Source: Salpingoeca rosetta (Eukaryota > Protista > Choanoflagellata). From it: a DNA stretch of 64,000 nt. Each line of letters starts with the position of its first letter. The first letter of the stretch is position 1. The stretch lies in assembly GCA_033442325.1 (NCBI GenBank), contig JAWQFM010000020.1, forward strand, positions 667,719-731,718. The letters run 5' to 3'. A model generated the notes under the pieces. It was given only the letters and a program-made list of their open reading frames with translations. It ran no database searches and was not told the origin of the DNA. The position numbers and the translations under genes are program-made. This document shows positions 42,614-55,700 of this stretch, piece by piece.

Positions 42614-45541
42614 CACACACACTCACTCGCGCGCACGCACACACACACACACACACTCGCGCGCACGCACACACACACACACACACACGCAGCACTCACG
42701 AGGCTGCTGGTAGTCTTGGTGAGAGAGGTGGACGACCCTGTGCGGGATGTGTTAGTGCTGCGTCTGCTCTTTGGTTGTGAGTCCATCAGCGCTTCAAAGG
42801 CCGACCGGTAGCGGTCAATGGTGTCAGCCTGTGTTTGCAGTGCCGACGACAATGCGTCCACGCGGCCCTGGCTCTCCACGGGATCGGCAGAGACGGGGTG
42901 CTCCTTCACAAAGTGCATGCGGTCGCGTATGCTCGCCGTGTACCTGAGGAAGACAGAGTACGCGAGTGAGATGGGCACACAAGTAGGCAAACAACGCGCA
43001 CACACGCACGCACACACACACACACACAATATGGCTTACGGGTTGCTAAAGAGGCGAGCAGCGAGGTAGTTTTCGTGCTCGCGCTGGGAGAGGCGGGTGT
43101 TGAGGAGGCGCGTGGGCACGTCGTCGCCCGTGGCGTAGACAGGTCGCATCTCAGGCGGCTTGGTCTGCACAGACGAGTCACAGCATCAAGGGCGTCATGG
43201 GGAGTGAGCTGCGAGACGTGTAAACTGACGCCATCAACAACGAACCACGTGTAGGGCGTGACACACACACACATCCACATACACAAACACACATGCACAC
43301 ACACAAATGCACAAACACACATGCACACACACAAACGCACAAACACACATGCACACACACAAACGCACAAACACACATGCACACACACACACGAGCACAA
43401 ACACAAACACATACACATGCACACATGCACGAGCACAACAACGCAACAGCGGGCGATGTACACAGACCGCGTTGGCTGCGTCCTCTGGCAGGACGTGTTT
43501 GCCTGCGATGATGGGGTTATCGTCGCCGGTGCTGTAGGCAGACATCTTGATGACGACGTCTTGGGAGTGGCGCGGCCGCCGCGTTGTGCGGCGCAGCTCT
43601 GCTCACGGTAAAGGTGCAAGGGGGCAAAGGGATGGGGTGAGTGTACAAACAACGTGAGAAGGACGACAACGTGCATGCATGCATGCGTGCATGTAAGCAC
43701 TAAGGGGTGAACCTGCGTCGATGTGTTCATCACACAGACATACACAGACACACACACACACAGACATACAGACACAGACACACACACACACACACATACA
43801 CAGACACACACACGGGCATACAGGCACACACACACAGACACGCACCGAGGAGGTGGGTGAGGTCAACGGCCTGTGTGTCGTAGCGGCGGCGCGATGTTTC
43901 TTCATCAATGGGCTCCAGCCGCGGCTTAAATGCGCTGTCATGTGACGTCTTCCTGCTGCTGCTGCTGCTGTTGTTGCTGCCGCCGAGTGTCATGGTGTGG
44001 TGGATGAGCTGTGCAGCAGCAGATTCAGACCACCTTCGCCTGTGCTGGCTTCCTGTTGAGTGCGTCGCAGCAGTGCCCGTTGTGCTCTCCACACCATCAC
44101 TCTGCTGCTGTCGCTGTTGCTGCGGGTGCTTGCTGCTTCTCCATGATTGCCAGAATCTGAAGCTTCCGCCCCTGTTGTGAGGTTCCCTCACTCCCACTCC
44201 ACCCTCTGCGTCCACTCTACTTCCTCTCTCCTGCTGCATTTTCTGCGGCACCCCATCATCGCTCGCGTCCCCGTTGTGGCCATCATGGCTGTCAACATTG
44301 CTGCCGTCTCCCGCGTCCCCACCGTGCTCGAAGCCCTCCTCCACCCCTTTGTCTTTCTCCTTCCCGTTGTTCTTCCCGGCCTCCTCCTTCTCCTCCTCCT
44401 CCTCCTCATCCACCACCACCACCTGCTGCTCGTTGATGCCGCCTGTTGTGTGCCGGCGTGTGTGGCGTCGAAAGCGGCGGGAGAGGCGGGGCGACCAGCG
44501 GAAACTGATGCGGCGCCGCCGCGTGGATGGGCTGGCCTCACCATTCGCTGCTGTCGTCTCCACGGCTGCTGACGATGGCGATGATGATGATGGCATTGGT
44601 GCATCCGATGTGTCTGTTGTTGTGTCTGTGCTTGCGCTTGGCAGTGTTGTTGGGGCTGCGGGCGTATGTGGTGTGGTTGTGCTTGCTCCTGGTGGTGCAG
44701 ATGATGTGTCATTCGCATCTGGGTTGTGTGTTTGACGGCAGCGTTCGTGCAGCACAAGCGTTTTGCTTCCCTGCCGTTGGTGCATGGCATCCACGGCAGG
44801 GTCCCTGATTCGCTTCATGCTTCCGCACGGACGGGATGGTGTGCTGCTATGTACGCCAGTGCGTGCTGGACCCACATCACAGTCCTCGCTGGCACAAAGC
44901 GCATGACTGTTGTCGATGTCCTGCGGCGATCCGTGGCGTCGCAGGTCTTCATAGCACCAGTCCAGACTCACGGTATCATCGTCGTTGTCGTCGTCGCTGT
45001 TGTTGTTGTTGTTGTGGTGGTGGTGAGGTCGGTGGCGCGAGAGCAGTTCACAGCAGCTGCTGGTGTTGTCTTCATCATCCTCATCGTCAGCAACTGGGAA
45101 GACACCAGCAGCGTGGTCATCGTCAGCGCCAAAGGCAGTGCCCCATCGGTTGTTGTGTGTGACTTCCTCGCTGGTGTCGCCCTCTGGTTGAGGTTGCACC
45201 GTCATATACCCGCCATCCGCTCGCAAATCATCAGCAAACACCTCCGCTTCACCCTCATCATTATCATCACGAGCTGTGCCACACGGCAAGATGGCCAGGT
45301 AGGTGTGCTCTTCCAGCAGTTGGCTGTGTTCGTGTGTCTTGTCTTCTAGCGCCTTGCCGTTCTGCTGTTTCCCTTTCCTCCTGCTCTTCCCCCGCTTGCG
45401 CCAACCCTGTTTGCTTGGCGGTGCGGCCTTTTGGCGCCCTCTACCGTCATCACCATCACTTGACGTGCTGCTGTGGCTGCTGTTCTTGCTGCTCTTGCCA
45501 CGATTGTGACTCCGATTTCGACGCGAGAAGAACGAGAGCAT
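42344..45541 (-). CDS. Hypothetical, largely disordered protein with Tyr motifs
   Basis: A ~1.7-kb open first exon (45541-~43846) is followed by in-phase exons at ~43608-43470, ~43164-43040, ~42942-42700 and ~42400-42344. No recognisable folded domain. Confidence 0.6.
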
Positions 45542-45878
45542 GGCGTGTCGTCTGTTGCCCGTTTGGCCAAGCGTCTATGTAAATGCAAGCATCAGGCTGG
45601 CGCCTTGGGTTGTGTTGTATGCCTGGAGTTCCTTGTGTCGTCTTTGTCCTTTCTGTCTTTTACAGAGACAAGACTAGCATCAACCTCAGCAAGCAGCATT
45701 CCGTGCTGGTGATGACAGAGAGATGTCTGCGTTGTGCGGGGAAGCGCGCTCCAACCATGCATGCTTCATCTTCGCCACTCCAAACCAACACAGACATCCC
45801 AAAACGCCACCTGCATCGTCACGCTGAAAAGTCGTCAGGCAATGGAGACTGAGGCTGAATTCAGTCACAACAGATATG

Positions 45879-45965
<87 letters not shown>

Positions 45966-46198
45966 GTGTGTGTGTGTGTGTGTGCTGTGTGCGTGTGTGT
46001 GTGTGTGCGTGTGTGCTGTGTGTGCAGTGATGGGAGGCTTGTCTTTTATGAACATGATGCACAAGCACAAAAAGGAAGCGGGGCAGTTACGTTTCAAAAC
46101 ACACCGGAACAAAGAGTGACCAGAATTAGAAGTACAAACCAACCAAGCACCTACAAGCACGCATGAGACGAAGCGCAAAACACCATCAGGGTGGACCG

Positions 46199-46816
46199 TT
46201 AGGTGGGGGAGTTGACGTGTGCTTGGAGGAGGTGGAAAGCTTTGCCAAACACGGCGCACACACGCGAGGCCTCATCCTCGCTTCGCGCCTGGTACAAAAA
46301 GTACACACACGTGTCCGAATCGGTCTTGCCAGTCTCAACCACAATCACGTTCTATGGTGCGCGCGGGCGCGTGTGTGTGTTTGTGCGGCAAGAGAAATAA
46401 GTACAGCAATGGAGAGGGGGTGGCAGTGCGCGTGATGTGGGTGGCGTGAGTGAAACGAGCAGTGATTGCGTGCATTGATATGTCTGCGTAGGTAAGGTCA
46501 AGCATATGATTGCGCGTGCTTTGCTATTGTCGTAGGAGCGTNNNNNNNNNNNNNNNNNNNNNNNNNNNNNNNNNNNNNNNNNNNNNNNNNNNNNNNNNNN
46601 NNNNNNNNNNNNNNNNNNNNNNNNNNNNNNNNNNNNNNNNNNNNNNNNNNNNNNNNNNNNNNNNNNNNNNNNNNNNNNNNNNNNNNNGTGCGTGTGTGTG
46701 CGAGTGGTACGTGAGAGAGAGTGTGTGTACATGTGTGTATGCGTGTGTGCGTCTTGTATTTTTGAGATCGTTGCTTTCGCGCGGATCGGTATGGCTTTTT
46801 CTCTTTCAATCTCGCG

Positions 46817-46906
<90 letters not shown>

Positions 46907-47704
46907 CTCACTCTCTGCCCTCTTCGACACACGCACCTCTTCGTTGATGTCCGTGACTTTGACACCGTAGCGTGTGAGACACATGCGCACGGCGTCCTGG
47001 GCAGTTGCCACGTGTGCTACGTTGCCTTGAAGCTTCTGCTCATCAATGTACTCAATCAGCTCACTCCCTGATCGTCGCACACCAGACACCCGTCCAAGGA
47101 ACTGCAACACACCGCGCAAGCGTGTGTGTGTGTGTGTGCGTGTGTGTGTGTGTGTGTGTGAGAAAGTGTGAGAGCAAGCAGAGGGGCAATGTGCGTGTGC
47201 TGTGTGCATGCGCTGTGTGATGATGGAAAAGCATGCACAAGCTGTCCAACTCCCCCCCCCCCACACACACACACATGCCAATACACACAATCCAACCTCC
47301 TCTCACCTTTAGGGTGAAGAGAAATCTTGAATCGAGTGTGAACAGCTCTTGTGCCTCCGTTGCTACAAGAAAACAATCAACACAAGCCAATCGTGAGTGC
47401 AGATGAGTGTGCGCTGTTTCCACACAAAAGCGACCAACACACACACACACAAATCTGTCACAATTGCACACACAAACAACACACACACACATACATGCGC
47501 ATGCAGATACACATACAGACACATGCACATGCACACACACTCAACACACACACAATCAGCACGCACATACTCACACAATCAACACACACACACACACACG
47601 CTCTCACCGTGTGTTGCTCTTCTGGCCTGACCGGCCTGGGCTGCGTTGGATTTCTCCTCTGCAACCCAAAACGCAAGCGCAGTATCATCATCCACCCCAG
47701 CCAT
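46199..47704 (-). CDS. Small single-PTB-domain protein, ICAP1 (ITGB1BP1)/CCM2-like
   Basis: Exons 47704-47608, 47362-47307, 47101-46937, [one mostly in gap 46542-46687, ending ~46520], 46351-46199(TAA). They give FTLKFLGRV...SELIEYIDEQK...MCLTRYGVKVTD...SYDN...YFLYQARSEDEASRVCAVFGKAF (cf. recalled ICAP1 [48 protein letters not shown]). Confidence 0.72.
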
Positions 47705-48802
47705 GGCGTTTGTCGTCCGTCCGTGTGCAACGTGTGCGTTGTGTTTGTTTGTTTGCTGCTGTGGTGGGTGTGTCCCCTTCTCTCACGCTCCTCTTTGCTT
47801 CTCCTCACTCTTCTCCTTGTTCGTTCTTCGTCGTCGTCGTTGTTTGTGTTTCGTGGTTTTGCCAATTGCATGGCATTGGGATGCAAATTGGAAGAGCATG
47901 CAAAAAAGTACGTATTGCCCTTGAAAAATTTACCTCCTTTGCAACAAACGGGACGTTCGCATGGCATCATGGCTGATTTTCGCCCTGCCTCGCTCAAGCC
48001 ACGCACGCACACCGCACGCACGCCTGCCTGTTTTTTCTGTATCTCGTTGCAAGTTCTTGGTGTCAACCACCATAAACACACAAACCACAGCTGCTACTTC
48101 AAGCACGACCACCTGCTTGCTCTGCTTGCTCGTGTCTCGTTGGGGCACCTCTCCTTCTCCAATCAACTGTAACCGCCCTCCACACGTTCTGTCTGTTGTC
48201 GCGTCTGCTGTTGTGGGTGTCTGTGTGGGTGACAGCACCAGCACCACAACTGCTGCCGAGCCAGCTTGCTTCCACTCGTCGTTTCCTTGTCTTTCCTTGC
48301 TTTGGTGTCAGCAAACCAGCCTTCCCGGCCTGTCTGTTCTGTCTTTGTCTTCTTCTTGTCGATTGTCCTTCTTCGTTGTCTCCTTCTCCTGGTTGTTTGG
48401 TCTGTGTGGTCGACACCTTGCAATTGACTCAAAAGGTCGGTTGGGCCGCGTGATTGCTGGTGGCTCTTGTGGAAAGGGAGTTGTTGCACTTGCCTTGCCA
48501 TGCACCTGCTTCGCCCGCCACGTGCATGCACGTGGTCCACGTGGCAGCGTGCACGCGTGGCAACTTGTGCACGCGAAAACCCGCGTGCCACGCGCCCATG
48601 CTCATGCCACATCTTTACTACCCCTGTTGTTTGTCACCATGCATTCATTCATTCATTCATTCACTCATTCGTTTGCTCGTTCGCGCTCGTTCATTCATTT
48701 GTGCTTCCCTGTCGACACACACACACACGCACACCCAATATGGGCAGGCTTGACTCTTGTCGAGCAGCGTTTGCTCGCTTGCACAAGTACGCGTGCGCGC
48801 TC

Positions 48803-49373
48803 ATGGGCGAAGCGGTTGTCGCCGCCATGGGGCGCGTCATCCTCGTCCTCTTCCTCACCATGCTGATGGCCGTGCCAGCATTCACAACTGGTCCACACCC
48901 TGGATGGCGTAAGTGCTCGCTCCTCACCGTTGTTCGCCGGCTCGCATTCGCTCGTATTCGCTCGTTCGTTCGTGCGTGCGTTCGTTCGTTCGTTCGTTCG
49001 TTCGTGTGCTCCTGTTTGTCAGTCCACCAACCTGTGCAGCCACGCTCACTGACCAGCACACCCATGCAACCACAGCTCACACCAGCTTCTCGGTCACTGG
49101 CTTTTTGTTGTTGTTGCTTATCATGCCCCCTCATGCTGGTGCCTGGGTGCTTGCCACAAACGCCATTCCACTCGCTTTGCCACTCACTCCGCGTGTGCTC
49201 CATGTTACACAACAAACCCAGTCTTGTCGCCGTCCTCTGAGGGCATGGACCTCTCTTATGGAACCCTTTTTAAGCACAGGTGAGTACAGGGGAACGAATG
49301 CTGCTGCGTGCCCTCACAAACCCCGTCTTCTCACAACACCACTGTTCATTGCTCTCGACTCTTGTTCACTGAC

Positions 49374-49405
<32 letters not shown>

Positions 49406-52400
49406 CACACGCAACTCTTGCCGTTGTCATCCTTCTCTCCCCTGTTATAGCCACTCCATCTCTGCCTCAACCGGCACTGCCACGGAACACCAGCATCAGT
49501 TTGTGACCGATGCTGCCAGCAGTGGCGCATCCCTACCCGCCCTTGTCCCGCCAACTGTCGACTTTGGAGACCAGTGCGTTGCCATTGTTCGCATTGCTCT
49601 TGTTCAACTTTCATTCTTGTGTTCCCATGCATCGACTGTCGACAACAGCCTCCCTTCTGCTTCTCTCCTTGTTCTTGTTCTTGCAACCCTGCACACTGCC
49701 CCCCATTGTTGTGTCAAATCGCTCCATGTTGCAGTGCAATCCACGCTGTCCCTCTCTCTCCCTCTCCCACCCGCTCATTTCACTCTTGTACGCCTCTTAC
49801 CACTGCCACCCCTCCGCCCGCTCAACTCACACACACTCACACACACACACACACACACTCTCTCTCTCGCTCGACAGGCCGCTTTGTCGCGCTGTTCAAT
49901 CCACAGTTGTTGTCGTCAACGTGAACGCCCGCTCGGAGCTGACATTGTTGTCGCTTTCCTCAAAGAGCAACGATGTGCATGCCTCATGGTTTGCGCGCGA
50001 GGTCATCCCGCCCGGGGAAAACACCACCTTCTCCATCGTGTTTCTTGGTCGCAGCCTCGGTCGCAGCGAAAGCACCATCCTCATCAGCACATCCCTCGGC
50101 GACCTCAAGTTTGAGGTGAGTCATTCATGCGCGCGCGCGCGTGTGTGTTAATGCGTGCCTGCGTGGTGTGTGTGTGTGTGCGTATGCTTGTGCTGGTTTC
50201 GTGCATATGATGGCCGAGCTTGCTTTCTTTGTGACCAGCCGCCAGCTAATTGACTGCTTCATCCTCCCCCCCCCCCACCCACACTTGTCCTCGCTCTCGC
50301 CCGTCTCAAGGTTACCGGGACGAGCGTGCGCAACCCGAATGGCCTGCGGCCATACGTTAACGGGCGCATCCCAAGCCACCTTCGTCTGGCTCAACCCATC
50401 CTCTTCTACAACCCGCACCCGTTTCCCATCAAGGTGAGCGAGGCACACGTGCAACACACCAACGCCAGCACACTCGACCAGCTGCGTGCATGTGTGTGTG
50501 TGTGTGTGCATTAACGTGTGCGCACATTTGCATAAATCCCTCGCTTAATATGTTTGTGAATGCACACAACCCCTCATGGTTGTGCTCCTGCGTGCCTCGC
50601 CATCACTTGCCTGTCTGCCTCTGTGCTGTCTATCAAGGTCGAAGAGGTGCTTTCGAGCACAGAGGAAATTCAGCTTGACATGAACGCCCTCTTCCTGGAC
50701 AAAACCGATGGCGACGTCCAGGTGCGTGTGTGGGTGTGGGTGTGTTGGTGTGCCTCGTGTACTGCGTGAGCTCTGTGCCCCATTTACGTGGTGCCAACAA
50801 TATTTTCTCCACCTTGCTTGAAACTTGTACCCCTGTTTTGGCTTTTTCCGTTTGCTAGATTTCGGACAAGGTGTGGGAGATTGAGCCATTTCGCATGAAG
50901 CCTCTCATTGTCGCCGTGGTCACCTCCGAGGTCAACCCCTACGTCTCTGTGAGTTGCCATCACCAACGCTGACTCGCCCGCGTACACGTACACGTCTGTG
51001 TGTTTGCTTGCATGCTCTTGATTTTGTCTGTGTGTTTATCTGTTCAAACATCCTCGTGTGCACGCACCACTGCGCGATGACTTAACCTTGTCCAGCAGCC
51101 GCTGCATGTGCTGCTTCCCTCCAAGCTTCCCTCCGCATTTCTCACACTCCATGTGGCGTTTTTCCTTGGTCCTTTGGCGATGCGTGTTGTGGGCACAGGG
51201 GTACATCAACGTTCGCACAAACCATACGCATGACAACGCCATCATCCCCGTGGAGATTGACATCTCCTCAGGTGCTTCCCCGCGTGCTTTTGAACCATTG
51301 CAGTTTTGTGCCTTTGTTCGTCCGTACCATATGGTGCATGGGTTGCTTGTCAGCAAGCCTCCCTTGCTCGTCCACATGACGTTCTGCTCCACTCATGCGT
51401 GCTTCGTCTGCCGACGTCAATCCGCTTGCCTCACTCATAACCTCCTGCCTCCCCTGCGCGCAGATGATGGCTTGTTTTATGGGCCTGGGGACAGCCTTGA
51501 CTTTTCCATCGTGTACCGGTCCGACCCGCGCCGGCACAGGCCGCTCCAGCTCCTGTTTAAGGACTCAAAGAGCGTACGTAGCGGAGCGCCTGTGGCATGT
51601 CTCACGCCCATGTTCTGGTGTTGCGTGTGTTTGCGTACTGTGTCTGCACACGCGCGATTGTGGTTTCTCACCCGCTTGACTTGCGTTCCCTCGCTGTTTT
51701 GTGTTGCAAACACAGGCGGCGGTGGCCACGATTGGTGGTATCCGCGTTGTGCGGTGTCACAAAGCCACGGATCCAACCATCAACTGCCCCCACGTCACTG
51801 TCCACCACCGTCGCGAGCGTCTTCAGCTCAAGCCATGTACGATGCCACCACCGTTATTTTGTTGTGGTTCACGCTGTTCACGTCGCGATGGGCGTGTGTG
51901 TGTGTGCTGGTGTGTGCCTGATGTTGGACTTGCTTGCCCGTTTCCCGTTTCATTTTCTTGCCTTGCGGTCTACTGAATTGTTGTTCTGGACTGCTCTTCC
52001 TGCTGTCCTCACTCACATACACATACACATGCACGTGTGTGTGTGGTTTTGCCGTTTTGTAGATGTGTGGAGTCGTGTGGCGACCATCAGCCTTGCGTCT
52101 GCCCGGCTTGTGGAGTCGCCTGGTGTGTACACAGGCGCCCTCGCCGTGGAGTACATCACCTCACGCGACAACTCCAGAACACGCCTGCTGGAGGTGCCCT
52201 TCCACATTGACTACGCCGAGGGCTCGCTTGACCTGCCCAACCTCAACTCGAGCTTCTTCGTGAGCGGCCCGCCGTTTGAACCAGACACCCGAAGCTTCAC
52301 CATCCATAACACGCTCCCCTTCCCCGTCAACCTGTCGGAAGCGCGTGTGCCCGCCTCAATCTCCAGCATCTTCAAGGTACGCCTATTATGTAATGTAGCT

Positions 52401-52714
52401 CGTTCACCCGCGACAGCTCATGTTCAACGTGGCTCCTTCCTCTCGCGGCTCGTTGAACGCGATTCGTTTCTGCCTTTCCCTCTCCCTCTCTCCCTTCCCC
52501 CATCTCTCGTTGTTGGGGTGGGTGCACGAGCAATTGATGATAACTTTACCACATGTTGGGTGACGGAGGCAGGCGTACTCCGGTACCCTCCTTCGATGGA
52601 CCACCAACACTTAGCTCTAGAATTTCTGATGCGTGCAATCCATATCTTTTCCTTGACATGAGTTGTCCTGTCCTCCCTGCCTCTTGCGTTCTCCTCCTCC
52701 CCCTCCTCCTCCTC

Positions 52715-52768
<54 letters not shown>

Positions 52769-55700
52769 CTTGTGGCCGTGTGAGGATAACTTTACCACAT
52801 GTTGGGTGACGGAATGAGCATTTATGTGCGACTTTCGATGGACCACCAACTTAAGCTCTAGAATTTCTGACGGCCACTCGTTGAACTTTTGTTGATGTCC
52901 GGGCTGCTGACCCACGTGGTCAACGTTTCTCTTTTTACCTCCTGTGCTTGCTCCTTGCTTGTTTGCACGCACCTAGCTCACACACACGCACGCACACACG
53001 CACACGCACACACGCACACGCACACGCACACACCAATCCACAGGTGTCTGGCTTTGAGCCAACCATCCTGGGGACCAACAAGTCCACCACGCTGGATGTC
53101 ACGTTCCAGGCCAACTCGTCTGATCTGAACGTGCACTCGAGCGTCATCGTGGCAGCTAATGCCAGCGAGGTTCCACTGTCCATCCCCATTTTCAGCTACA
53201 ACGGCATGCTCAAGTACGCCGTCAGCGATGATGTAAGTACCAGCTTCAAAAGCCCCCCCCCCCACGCCCCATGCACATACATATGTGCATGTACCCCACG
53301 AGCACTTTTCTGCAGCACCACAGACAACAACAACAACTACCACCACCACCACCACCACCACCACCACCACCACCACCACTACTACTACTACTACAGCGAC
53401 AACTACAAACAACAAACAACGCCCGTGAAACTATCCATTGTCGAGCGAATTCCCACCTGGCATTGGTATAAACACAGGCCACAACAACCACAGCTCTTCA
53501 ACACCTGTGTTTGCTTGCGGTTCTTGCCGAGAACTGTCAACAGCAGACCCATGTTGTCGAGCCGTGTACATTCCACACTGGTTGCATTTCTTTCGACACC
53601 CAAATTCTTGCCATCTGCAACTGCCTTGCTCCATGCACACACCTCTTCTTACTCCCATCCTTCGCTGACACACGCTTGTGTTTCCTCCATCCTCTCTTTT
53701 TCTTTTTCTTGTAGGGTTACGATGATGTGGCGTTTGGGGCTGTGCCTCTGGACAACGTGGCGACAAGCCCACTCCGGGTGCTCAACCCCAATCCCGTGAG
53801 TGTATCCATGCTGTCATATTCAAGCTCTTTGCCGGAGGTTGGCCTGGAACTCGTCAACGTGGCGCCGTCTCCAGAGCACATGGAAGTTGTCGAGTACGGG
53901 AAGATCTACAGCTCGCACTGGCAAGAGCCCCTCACCAAGGAGTCCCACACCGACGTGTCTTCGGATCAGGTGCGTGCGCGTGATGTTGCGTGAGCCAACG
54001 ACGCCACAAGGCTGTCAAGCACTCGAATGGGGACGAACCGCAACACATGTGTGCCACAGTGCTTCAAGAGAGCGACAGCACACCCAACATTCCTTGCGAG
54101 CAGCCACCACGATTGCACACACAATAGAACAAAACACGAACACAGTCGCACACACACACACACACAGAAGCGTGCACACGCACACACACAGTTGCACACA
54201 CAGTCGCATCAACACAAGAGTCACCCGCATGCACGTAGCCACAGCCGCAGCCATACACACACAACTTACGCTCACACACTTGTTGTTTCTCCTCGCTGAT
54301 GCGGGTGCATTTGCAGCATGACTTCAACTTGGTGCTGAAGCCCGGGTACATTGCCACGTTCAGCGTCACCGTGTCACCGAACAAAGGCAAGCACACCGGC
54401 AGCCTGGAGCTGCGCTCAACCTACCACAACATCCACGTTCCCGTGTCCTACGAGGGCGCTCGCCGTGCAATGCAATTTTACCCGACACGCGTCGTCTTCA
54501 ACGCCAGCTACCCTTGGCAGCTGCTGCTTCACAATGACTACGGCATTGAGTTTTCCGAGTCGATGCGGCCCCTCGTCCAGCCGCAGACGGTGCCGCTGCA
54601 CATCAAGCCTGCGGACCGGAACGTCACCATTGACCGCATCTCCACCACCGATCCGCGCGTGGTGCTGCGCCAGAACCCGGCCGTTGTTCGCGGCGTCCGC
54701 GCCAACTCCTCCACCAACATCCTCATTGGCCACATTGTGTTCAACGCCTCCCTGGGGCCCGAGGAAGACAACTACATGCCCAAGGTGCGCCGGCACTTCA
54801 ACTCGCTCACCCGCCCAGCCGTGCTCACCCGCGGCGATGTGGATGAGGTGGTGCGCTGCAACAAGCTCTGGAACACGCTCAGCCGCCGCAGCAAGACGGA
54901 CGTCGTGGCATACCTGACGCTCGAGGCCAGCGGCGAGAAGCCCCACGTCATCGACGTGCAGGCGCCGCTCATGAAGCCGTCCATCCTCTCCACCCCAGAC
55001 CTCGCCTTTGACCTGACCCATGTGAAGATGACGTCGACCCGGCCGTTTGTCATCACCAACCCAAGCGACATGCCGCTGCTCGTGACGATTGTGCCCGTGG
55101 ACGCCATTCCCGACGGCCCCATGATTAGCGCCCTCGAGCAGGCCATGGCCGTCACCCACGCCGAACTCAAGTCTGCGCGCCAGCACAAGGGCGTCTTCTT
55201 CTCCACGCCATACCCACTGGACACCAACTCCACGGAGTACCTGAGAGGCTTTGCCAGCGACCGCGTGTCCGTTGGCGGCAGTGCAGCGCCGCGGCGGGCC
55301 CACTGCGGCGACGAGTGCGTCGACGGCCTCAATGACAACGCCTTCTTTCCAGAGGGGGAGGTGCCGGACGACTTTCTGCGCACCGCCCAGAAGACGCGCC
55401 AGCTCGCCAGCCCGCACCTCGATGAGTACGACGAGCTGGACGACGGCACGGGCAACAGCAACCCGGGCGGCGTATCGGACTCTGCCAGGCAGCATCTCAC
55501 CGCAGCCAGCAACACCAAGCACAAGCTCGCCGCAGCCAGCCTGGCCCGTGCTCCCCGCGGCCAGCCGCTGGTGCTTGACTTTGAAGGCATCAGTGGTGGT
55601 GGCGCCTGGGCCTCCGCTCGCACCGACGGCCACGGCCAAGCTGACGAGGACGAGGGCGAGGAAGACGACGAAGCTGATGGACCTGTGCTCGTCCCCGCAT

